The position numbers and the translations under genes were made by a program. 64,000 nucleotides of DNA from Pristiophorus japonicus (taxonomy: Eukaryota). Numbering within the stretch: position 1 is the first letter of the stretch; every line of letters starts with the position of its first letter. The stretch lies in the NCBI RefSeq assembly GCF_044704955.1, contig NC_091995.1, positions 15,996,001-16,060,000 of the forward strand, given 5' to 3'. The notes below the pieces were generated by a model that saw only the letters and a program-made list of their open reading frames with translations, ran no database searches and was not told the origin of the DNA. Below, one piece after another: positions 25,101 through 37,100 of the stretch.

Positions 25101-28100
25101 GGACCAAAATGTTGATCTATGTATGGAGGTGGAAGAGGTGGGTAAGGTACTAAATGAATACATTGCGGCTGTCTTCACAAAAGAGGGGGACGATGCCGAT
25201 GTTGACGTTCAGGAGGAAGACAGTAAATATTGGACGGGGTAAACATAGTAACAGACGAAGTATTAAGGTGTTTAGCATCCTTGAAAATTGATAAATCGCC
25301 AGGACTGGATGAATTATATCCGAGGCTACTAAAAGAAGCAAGAGAGGTAGCGGAGGCTCTGACCATCATTTTTCAATCCTCCCTGGCTACAGGAGTTGTG
25401 CCAGAGGATTGGAGAACTGCTAACATTGCACTATTGTTTAAAAAGGGAGGAAGGGATAAACCGAGCAATTACTGGTCAGATGGGTTAATCTCGGTGCTGG
25501 GCAAATTACTGCAATCAATTCTCAGGGACAGTATAAGCCTTCATTTATAAAACAGATTAATCAAGGGCAATCAGCATGGATTTGTTAAGGGAAGATCGTG
25601 TCTGACTAATTTGATTGAGTTCTTTGAGGAGGTAACAAGGAGGGTCAATGAGGACAATGTGTTTGATGTAGTTTACATGGATTTTAGCAAGGCTTTTGAA
25701 AAGGTCCAACATGGTAGGCTGATCAAAAAAGTAAAAGCCCATGGGATCCAAAGGAGAGTGGCAAATTGGACCCAAAATTGGCGCAGTGGCAGGAAGCAAA
25801 GGTTAATGGTTGAAGGGAGTTTTCTCGACTGGAAGGCTGTTTCCAGCAGGGATCCACAGGGCTCAGTACTCGGTCCCTTACTTTTCGTAGTATATATTAA
25901 TGATTTAGACTTAAATGTAGGGAGTATAATAAAGAAATTTGCTGATGATACAAAAATTGGCCACGTGGTTGACAGTTAATATCCATGGTCATTAGGTTAG
26001 AAAAGTGGAATTCAATCCGGAGAAGTGTGATGCAATGCATTTTGGGAGGGCAACAAGGCAAACGAATGCACAATAAATGGGAGGATACTGAGAGGTGTGG
26101 AGGAACAGATCCATAAAGGTAGCAGGATAGGTCCACAAGGCAGTTAAAAAGGCATACAGAATGCTTTCCTTTGTTAGCCGAGGCATAGACTACAAGAGCA
26201 GGGAGATTATGCTACAACTGTATTCAACACTAATTGAGCTCCAGCTTGAGTAGGCGTGCAGTTCTGGCCAGCACATTATAGGAAGGATACGATTGCACTT
26301 GAAAGGGTGCAGAGCATATTTAAGAAGATGTTTTCAGGACTAGAAAACTTCAGCTATGAGGAAAGATTGGATAGACTGGGTTTGTTTTCCTTGGAACAGA
26401 GGTCGTTGAGGGGAAAGTTAATTGAGGTGTATAAAGTTATGAGGGTTCTAAATAGAATGGATAGGAAGGACCTATTTCCCTTGCCAGAGGGGTCAATAAC
26501 CAGGGGGCATAGATTTAAAGCAGTTTGTAGGAGGATTAGAGGGGAGCTGAGTAAACATTTCTTCATCCTGAAAGGCTGCTAGGGGCAGAAATCCTCACCA
26601 CATTTAAAAGATACTTGGATGTGCAATTAGAGAGCTGTAATCTACAGGGCTACGGACCTAGCACTGGAAGCTGGGATTAGGCTGAGTACCTCTTTATCTA
26701 CCGGCATGGATATGATGGGTCGAATGGCCTCCTTCTGTGTCGTAGTTTTTCTATGATTCTATGAAGCAGCGTGGCAAAATAATATAATCAAACGAGCGTA
26801 TTATTTCTACCCCATTCCACGTTGTGAAGCATATTGGCAGCTTTACGTGAAAGGAGCTATATAGTTACATGTTGTGGTTGAAAGTAAGATGATGAAATAA
26901 GTTGTGAAGCCTTGACTGATGCAGACTGTAAATTTCCACTCAACATATCTGCCTAAAAGAACCGCATGAATTATGAGTGACCTTTTAGACTTTTGTGAAC
27001 GGCAGCTATTGCTGAAATGCTTTCTGTTGGCAGACTCTAGTAGCAGACTACAGTTTCATCAGCAACTATTTACTACAACCACAATAATTTGTACTTATAT
27101 AGTGCCTTTAACGTAGTGAAACATCCCAAGGTGCTTCACAGGAGTATTCAATGATGACTCAAAATAATGAAATATTCTGAATATTTCACTACCTGCTCTT
27201 TCAAATGGGTAAATAATATCGGGCGAGGCGTGCGATTTCCCATTGAAAGTCAAACATTTCCCCCCTTTGTTTGAACATGTCGGCCTGCCCTCATGTAAGT
27301 TCAGAGCAGATCAACCTGCAGAAATTACAAGAAAATCTGTGACTACTGCAAATTTGAAAGAGGAAGAGAGGTAAATGACCTGTAACTACTTTCTGATTCA
27401 ATCTCCTTTTGCACTTTTGCACTTTCTATCTTTTATTTCAATTAAAATCACGTATCATGGGATTTTTCTTTGATCATACACTGTTCAGATATTTCTGCAC
27501 GTCAAATCGCCGTCATTCGAACTGTGTTCCTTGATGCATTTTTGATAATTATTTTGAGCTAATCAACATATTTTGCACAAAAATGTGCACGTGAAATTGT
27601 ATCCTATTTTGTACAAGACACCCAACACCTGCAGCTAGAGAGATAAATAAGCAAAAGCAAAATATTGCGGATGATGGAATCTGAAATACAAACAGAGAAT
27701 GCTGGAAATCTCATTGGGTCAGGCAGCATCTGTGGAGAGAAAAACAGAATTAAAGTTTCGGGTCGACAACCCTTCGTCAGAACTGCCAAATGTTCGAAAA
27801 GAGCACATTCTTAAGCACTGAAATGGAGAGGGGAAGAAAGAACAAAATGGAAGGCCTGTGATAGGGTGGAAGGCAGGAGAGATTAGAGAGAGAAAAGGGA
27901 TGATGGCCGAATTGAAGTGGTAATGACATCAACCGTCTCAATTTCTCTGCTCCGCTCACTCACTCCAACCTATCTCCCTCTGAATTTACAGCACTCCTCT
28001 CTTTCAGATCCAACCCCAACATTGTCATTAAACCTGCTGACAAGGGTAGCACTGTTGTTGTTTGGCGAACCGACCTCTACCTTGCAGAGGCTGGTTGCCA

Positions 28101-31100
28101 ACTCTCTGACACCTGCTCCTACCTTCCCCTGGACCATGAACCCATCACTGAACATCAAACCATAATTTCCTAGACCGTCAGTGACCTCATCTCCTCTGGA
28201 AATCTTCTGTCCACAGCCTCCAACCTCATATTTCCCCAACCCCACACAGCCCGCTCCTATCGCCCTTCCCAAGATCCACAAATAGGACTGACCCAGTAGA
28301 TCCATCGTTTCAGTCTGTTTTAGCCCCACAGAACTTATTTCTTCCTATCTCAACTCTATTTTTCTCCCCTGGTCCAGTCTCTTCCCACCTACATCCGCGA
28401 TTCCTCTGGCATACTCCATTACTTTAACAGTTTCCAGTTCCTGGCCCCAACTGTCTCCTTTTCACCATGGACGTTCAACCCCTCTACACTTCCATCCCAC
28501 ACCAGGATGGCCAGAGGGCGCTATGCTTCTTCCTCGAGCAGAAGCCCAACCAGTCCCCATCCACCACCAACCTTCTCCGCCTAGCTGAACTTGTTGTCAC
28601 ATTAAACAACTTCTATTTTTTCTCCAAATTAAAGGTGTTGCTAATGCATTGATGATAGTATCAGTGCCGGTTCCTGATCCCGCCCTGAACTAGAAGCTTT
28701 CATTCATTTTGCATCCAATTTCCACCCTTCCCTCACCTTCACATGGTCTATCTCTGATTTTTCCCTTCACTTCCTCGATTTCTCTGTCTCCATTTCTGGG
28801 GATAGGCTTTCGACCAGTATCCACTGTAAGCCCACTGACTCCCACAGCTATCTGGACTACACTTCCTCCCACGCTGCATTTTGTAAGGACTCAATTCCAT
28901 TCTCCCAGTTTCTCCATCTCTGTCGCACCTGCTCTGACAATGCCACCTTTCACACTAGTGTCTCTGACATTCTTTCTTTTTCCTCAACATTTTTCAGCCA
29001 GTGTGGACACGATGGGCTCAAATGGCCTCCTTCTGAGCTGTAAATTCCTATGTTTCTATTCCTCTCCGTCGTGGTTCAAATGGCCCTTCGACTATGTCCG
29101 TTCTATTTCTTGCACCTCTACTCTTGCCCCTTCCCCTCCCTCTCAGAACCACGACTGGGTTCACCTTATCCCAATCATTCACCCCACCAACCTCCATGTT
29201 GAATGGATCATCATCCGCCATTTCTGCTACAGGCAGCGTGATTGCATCACCAATCACATCTTCCCATCCCCTCCATTCTCAGCGTTCCAAACGGATCGCT
29301 CTCTCCACGATACCTTGGCTCTTTCCACAGACAAGCCAAACACCCCCTTCCCTTCCCACGGCATCTTCCCGTGCAAGCACAGGAGATACAACATCTGCCC
29401 TTTTACCTCCTCCCTCGCCACGATCCACGGCCCCAAATATTCCTTCTTGGTGAAACAGCAATTTACTTGTACTTCTTTCAAATTAGTATACTGTATTCGC
29501 TGCTCACGATGTGGTCCCCTCTACATTGGGGAGACCAAGCACAGATTGGGTGTCCACTTTGCGGACCACCACCGTTCAGTCCGTAAGGGTGACCCTGAGC
29601 TTCCAGTAATTTGTTACTTTAATTTTCCACTGCACTCCCACTCTGATATTTCCATCCTCGAACTCCTCCACTTTCTCAACTCAAGCTCGAGGAACAGCAT
29701 CTCATCTTTCGTTTAGGCACTTTACAGCCTTCTGGACTCAACATCGAGTTCAACAATTTCAGCGCATGACCTCTGGCCATGTTCGGCTCCCTCCCCGCCT
29801 CCCCACCCATCCCTCCGCCACCCCACCCACCCCCCCCTCCCGCCCCCACCACCAACACCACCACCACCATCTTATGTTTTTTTTCCTTCTCTCTTCTTTT
29901 TTTGTCTCTTTGTCTCGAATGGCAGCTGGTCATTACTATTCCATTCATACCCTATCCAGATTAACCCTTTTCTGACTTCTGTGATTATCATTTCAATTCG
30001 GACATTATCCCTTTTGTCTCTCTAATCTCTCCTGCCTTCCACCCTATTACAGACCTTGCCTTTTGTTCTTTCTTTCCCTCCTCCTTTCAGTGCTTAAGAA
30101 TGTGATCTTTTCGAATATTCGGCAGTTCTGATGAAGGGTCGTCAACCCAAAACTTGACTCTGTTTTTCTCTCCACAGATACTGCAGACCCGGTGCTATTT
30201 CCAGCATTCTCTGTAGATAGACATGTAGTTACCTGAGGAATGGAATGATTTTGTACTTTCCTTCTGGGTGATAATTCTGTTTGGGACAAAACAGAAATAA
30301 AGTAAAATAAGGAATACTTAAGGAAACTCCTTTCAATTATAACTGAGGTTTTGGTGGTTAACAATTCCATTTTCAAAATGTACTCTCGGATGCATTTCCA
30401 ACCAGGTATCATTTCGGCTATATTGCGTGCTCCTCCTGGAATTACCCTGCTCATGAAAGATCAGAGGCTCAAGCAACAGCACCTCATCTTTCGATTTGGC
30501 ACTTTACAGCCTTCGGGGCTCAACATCGAGTTCAACAACTTCAAACTATAATCTCTGCCCCTTTATTCTTTTTAATTATTTTCCTCTTTTTCTGTTTTTT
30601 TTCTCTATCCCATGGCAGCAGTTGAATCTACAAACCCCATTTACACCTTATCTAGACTCATCTTTTATTTTCATAACATCCCATTACCACCTCCTTTGGC
30701 CTCACACCATCATCCCTCATGTCTTTTAATCTCTCCTGCATTCCACACTATCAGGTAGACTTTCGCTTTTGTTCTTTCCTCCCCTCCCCCTTTTCCTTTC
30801 CCTGTTACATCTCTAACTCATTCCAGTTATGACCTGAAACGTTAACTCTGTTGCTCTCTCCACAGATGCTGCTGAGTATTTCCAGCATTTTCTGTTTTTA
30901 TTTCAGATTCCAGCATCTGCAGTATATTGCTTTTGTGCTGTTTCGAGACATGCACAATTCACCCCCTCGCGGTTTGAAGTAGATATTAAACAAGACAGAA
31001 ATGCTTATAAGAACATCAGAACATAAGAATTAGGAACAGGAGTCGGCCATCTAGCCCCTCGAGCCTGCTCCGCCATTCAACAAGATCATGTCTGATCTGG

Positions 31101-34100
31101 CCGTGGACTCAGCTCCACTTACCCACCCGTGCCCCATAACCCTTAATTCCCTTATTGGTTAAAAATCTATCCATCTGTGACTTGAATACATTCAATGAGC
31201 TAGCCTCAACTGCTTCCTTGGGCAGAGAATTCCACAGATTCACAACCCTCTGGGAGAAGAAATTCCTTCTCAACTCGGTTTTAAATTGGCTCCCCCGTAT
31301 TTTGAGGCTGTGCCCCCTAGTTCTAGTCTCCCCGACCAGTGGAAACAACCTCTCTGCCTCTATCTTGTCTATCCCTTTCATTATTTTAAATGTTTCTATA
31401 AGATCACCCCACATCTTTCTGAACTCCAACGCGTGAAGACCCAGTCTAATCAATCTATCATCATAAGGTAACCCGCTCATCTCCAGAATCAGCCTAGTGA
31501 GTCATCTCTGTACCCCCTCCAAAGCTAGTATATCCTTCCTTAAGTAAAGTGACCAAAACTGCACGCAGTACTCCAGGTGCGGCCTCACCAATACGCTATA
31601 CAGTTGCAGAAGGACCTCCCTGCTTTTGTACTACATCCATCTCGCAATGAAAGCCAACATTCCATTCACCTTACTGATTACCTGCTGCACCTGCAAACTA
31701 ACTTTTTGGGATTCATGTACAAGGACCCCCAGGTCCCTCTGCACCGCAGCATGTTGTAATTTCTCCCCATTCAAATAATATTTCCTTTTATTGTTTTTTT
31801 TTTCCAAGGTGGATGACCTCACACTTTCCAACATTGTATTCCATCTGCCAAACCTTAGCCCATTCGCTTAACCTATCTAAATCTCTTTGCAGCCTCACTG
31901 TGTCCTCTACACAACCCGCTTTCCCACTAATCTTTGTGTCATCTGCAAATTTTGCTCCACTACACTCTGTCCCCTCTTCCAGGTCATCTATGTATATTGT
32001 AAACAGTTGTGGTCCCAGCACCAATCCCTGTGGCACACCACTAACCACCGATTTCCAACCCGAAAAGGACCCATTTATCCTGACTCTCTGCTTTCTGTTA
32101 GCCAGCCAATTCTCTATCCATGCTAATACATTTCCTCTGACTCCGCGTACCTTTATCTTCTGCAGTAACCTTTTGCGTGGCACCTTATCGAATGCCTTTT
32201 GAAAATCTAAATACACCACATCCATCGGCACACCTCTATCCACCATGCTCGTTATATCCTCAAAGAATTCCAGTAAATTAGTTAAACATGATTTCCCCTT
32301 CATGAATACATGCTGCGTCTGCTTGACTGCACTATTGCAATCTAGATGTCCCGCTATTTCTTTCTTAATGATAGTTTCAAACATTTTCCCCACTACAGAT
32401 GTTAAACTAACCAGCCTATAGTTACCTGCCTTTTGTCTGTTCCCTTTTTTAAACAGAGGCGTTACATTAACTGCTTTCCAATCCGCTGGTATCTCCCCAG
32501 AGTCCAGAGAATGTTGGTAGATTATAACGAATGCATCTGCTATAACTTCCGCCATCTCTTTTAATACCCTGGGATGCATTTCATCAGGACATGGGGACTT
32601 GTCTACTTTGAGTTTCATTAGCCTGTCCAGCACTAGCCCCCTAGTGATAGTGATTGTCTCAAGGTCCTCCCTTCCTACATTCCTGTGACCAGCAATTTTT
32701 GGCATGGTTTTTGTGTCTTCCACTGTGAAGACCGAAGCAAAATAATTGTTTAAGGTCTCAGCCAGTTCCACATTTCCCATTATTAAATTCTCCTTCTCAT
32801 CTTCTAAGGGACCAACATTTACTTTAGTCACTCTTTTCCGTTTTATATATCTGTAAAAGCTTTTACTATCCGTTTTTATGTTTTGCGCAAGTTTACCTTC
32901 GTAATTGCATTTATAGAGTACCTTCCATGACCTCAGAAACTCCCAAGAGCTATAGAACCCGTGAAGTACTTTTGAAGTTGCAAGATACCTAGCCATCTAC
33001 ATATAGGTACACGGATTGGCTCAATCTCATATGATTGGGGTTTTTTCTTCCGTTTTAGTTATAAATGGCTCACGGATTTGTAAGGCATCTAGAAATAATT
33101 AAATGTTTAACATTGTTCATTGTCAGGATGCCTTATGGCTTAATGTGTCAGGATACAATTTAGCTGCCTTTGCTGCTTAGCTGCTCATGAGATACAGGTT
33201 GAGTGATTCGTGTCTGTTGACTTCTTTTTGTTGCTACATTGTGAAACGAGATAAAGAAGATAGTCTTGAGATTGGAAGTGGGACAATAGGCCAGGATGGT
33301 AAACATGTTAGCATCTAGTTTTTTGTAGGAACTATCGCATTTCTGGGGGTCTTGCTCACAATAACACTTGTCATTCCATAAAGAATCAGCAAGGACAGTG
33401 TGTGTGACTAGAGACCTAAATAGATCTCACACTTTCCTTAATAACTTGTAGAGAGAGTCAGGATGGAAAGGATTAACGAAATGTACTTCTCTACCCAGAG
33501 AAAAACAGGAAAATTGTGTTTATTGTTCTGAATTTCTAATGATTAAAGACATTGTGTGTGTGTGGACTTGGTCAGACACTATAAAAGGATTACACCACAA
33601 CCATATTTGGTTGACCAGATTCGAATTGTCTTACAATTGAAGAACAAAGCAGAATCTGACGAGCAAAACTTCCGTTTGTGTGATACCAAGGGGGACAAAT
33701 TGGGATCATTTTTGCCTCCGATAACTTTTCTACTGGGCAACACACTGCTACTGACTCCGGTTTAATTCCCTAGGAGTTTACTGGCGGTGGCAACCGGTAG
33801 TGCCCAGCACTGCTGCACTGGCAATGACAATGTCATCACCGTGCGCAGTGCCCCATTTTTGCCACTGAACAAAAATTGCCTCGCACCCCCCCTGAAGCTG
33901 CAGCAGGCAATGATAGCAATAACTTCAGGGCACATGAACGGGATGGCAGGTGGATCGCAGGCTGCTACCAAAAGGGGAGGTGTTGGCCATGTTGGAAACA
34001 AATGTCAGCAGTTTCTGGCGCACCTCGTTGATGCTTTGAACGCGGGATCCATGCCACAATCTGTCAGCCCAGAACATCACTTGAGTGCCAGGCTTTTAAC

Positions 34101-37100
34101 ACATCGCCCCACTCCAGGTAGGACGTCGCTGAATTGGCAGTTTGGGCTCTCCACTTCAATGAAGCGGTGAGCCCCTACTAGACAGAAGCACTACAGGGCC
34201 CTCTGCTTCCACTCCATTAGTGCCCCAGTGAGGAAGTAGAGTCCATTCTTTTGCGCTCCACTTCCGTTTGCAGACAGTAACCTCAATTTCGAGAAGAGGG
34301 CATGATTTCCATGCCTGGTGCATAAAGTCCCACCTCGCGGATGTTACTGCCAGGCAAATGGGGCAGAATAGCAACTCCCTAGGATGCTCTGGACTTGTAC
34401 AAAAGCGAATTTCGTTTGGGTAGGACAATGTTTTGAAAATGCATGGGCTAATCTGTCCAATAGTTCGAGTATTCATGTTGACTGTCAGGGAACATGAGAA
34501 CATAAGACCATAAGAAATATGAGCAGGAGTATGCCATTTGGCCTCGGAAGCCGCTCCGCCATTTAATAAGATCATGGCTGATCTGATCATGGGCTCAGCT
34601 CCATTTTTCTGCCCATCCCTATATCCCTTTACTCCCTTATTGCTCAAAAATGTGTCTATCAGCGCCTTAAATGTACGCAATGATCCAGCCTCCACAGCTC
34701 TTTGGGGCAGAGAATTCCACAGATTTACAACCCACGGAGAGAATAAATTCCTCCTCTATTCAGCAGTAAATAGCTGGGGTACCACAAGGTTCAGTGCTGG
34801 GACCCCAACTATTTACAATATACATTAATGATTTAGATGAAGGAATTGAATGTAATATCTCCAAGTTTGCAGATGACACCAAGCTGGGTGGCAGTGTGAG
34901 CTGTGAGTAGGATGTTAAGTGGCTGAAGGGTGACTTAAGAAAAGTTAGGTGAGTGGGAAAATGCATGGCAGATGCAGTATAATGTAGATAAATTTGAGAT
35001 TGTCCACTTTGGTGGCAAAAACAGGAAGTTAGAGTATTATCTGAATGGTGACAGATTAGGAAAAGGGGAGGTGCAACGAGACCTGGTTTTAATGGTACGT
35101 CAGTCATCGAAAGTTGGCATGCAGGTACAACAGGTGGTGAAGAAGGCAAATGGCATGTTGGCATCATAGAAACATAGAAACATATAAAATAGGTGCATCA
35201 GTAGGCCATTCAGCTCTTCGATCCTGCCCCGCCATTCAATAAGATCATGGCTGATCATTCCTTCAGTACCCCTGTCCTGCTTTCTCTCCATACCCCTTGA
35301 TCCCCTTAACCGTAAGGGCCATATCTAACTTCCTCTTGAATATATCCAGTGAACTGGCATCAACAACTCTCTGCGGCAGGGAATTCCACAGGTTAACAAC
35401 TCTCTGAGTGAAGAAGTTTCTTATCTCAGTCCTAAATGGCCTACCCCTTATCCTAAGACTATGTCCCCTGGTTCTGGACTTCCCCAACATCGGGAGCGGA
35501 TTTGAGTATAGGAGCAGGGAGGTCTTACTGCAGTTGTACAGGGCCCTAGTGAAGCCACAACTGAATATTGTGTGCAGTTTTGTTCTCCTAATCTGAGGAA
35601 GGACGTTCTTGCTATTGAGGGAGTGCAGCGAAGATTCACCAGACTGATTCCCGGGATGGCAAGACTGACATATGAGGAGAGACTGGATCAACTGGGCCTT
35701 TATACATTGGAATTTAGAAGGGTGAGAGGCGATCTCATGGGAACATATAACATTATGATGGGATTAGACAGGTTAGATACAGGAAGAATGTTCCGGATGT
35801 TGGGGAAGTCCAGAACCATGGGGCCACAGTCTAAGGATAAGTGTTAATCCATTTAGGACCGAGATGAAGAGAAATTTCTTCACTCAGAGAATTGTGAACT
35901 TGTGGAATTCTCTACCACAGAACGTTTTTGAGGCCAGTTCGTTAGATATATTCAAACGGGAGTTAGATGTGGCCCTTATGGCTAATGGGACCAAAGAGTA
36001 TGGAGAGAAAGCAGGAGTGGGCTACTAAAGTTGCATGATCTGCCATGATCATATTGAATGGTGGTGCAGGCTCGAAGGGCCGAATTGCCCCCTCCTGCAC
36101 CTATTTACTGTGTTTCTATGTTTCTATGTTTCTATATGGTCAACCCCTTATCTAAAACTATGCCCCCTAGTTCTAGATTCCCCCATGAGTGGAAACATCC
36201 TTTCTGCATCTACCTTGTCGAACCCGTTCATTACCTTATATATCTCAATAAGATCACCTCTCATTCTTCTGAACTCCAACGAGTACAGGCCCAACCTGCT
36301 CATCCTTTCTTTATGTCAACCCATTCCTCTCAGGAATCAACCGAGTGAATCTTCTCTGAACTGCGTCCAATGCAAGTATATCCTTCCTTAAATAAGGAGA
36401 CCAAAACTATATGCAGTGCTCTTGGTGTGGCCTCAACAATATCCTGTACAGTTGTAGCAGGACTTCTCTGCTTTTATACTCCATCCCCATTAAAATAAAG
36501 GTCAACATGCCATTTGCCTTCCTGATCACGTGCTATACCTGCATGCTAACGTTTTGTGTTTCATGCACAAGGACCCCCAGATCTCGCTGTACTGCAGCAA
36601 TTTGTAATTTTTCTCCATATAAATAATAATTTGCTTTTTTATTTTTTTCTGTCGAAGTGGATAACCTCACACTCTCGCACATTATACTCAATCTGCTAAA
36701 TGTTTGCCCAGTCACTTAGCCAGCCTATATCGCTTTACAGGATTTTTTGTATTCTCCTCACAGCTTGCTTTCCAAACTTTCTTTGTATCATCAGCAAACT
36801 TGGCTACATTGAACTCGGTCCCTTCATCCAAATCATTACTATAGATTTAGATAGTTGAGGCACCAGCACCGATCCCTGTGGCACCCCTCTAGTTACTGTT
36901 TGCCAATCGGAAAGTGGCGCATTTATCCAAACTCTCTATTTTTTGTTAGTTAGGAAACTCTTCAAAAGGAGTTAATTGACATAGTCGGTAGTGAGTTGTT
37001 GGCCACCATAATGACAAAAGGTGATGAGCGTATCTGATGCTGATGACCCATGTAGAGTGTTTGGTGAATGAGCAAATGATGAATTTTAAAGCAGCGAGGC

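Noticed and set aside
28709-29716. 335-aa ORF as a novel nuclease gene
   Set aside because: Decayed Penelope ORF in mixed frames, interrupted by a small CR1 tail near 29000-29058.
31788-32996. 402-aa ORF as a host gene or intact LINE
   Set aside because: 5'-truncated CR1 RT; the N-terminus is read through from unrelated flanking sequence and the C-terminal region is frameshifted.
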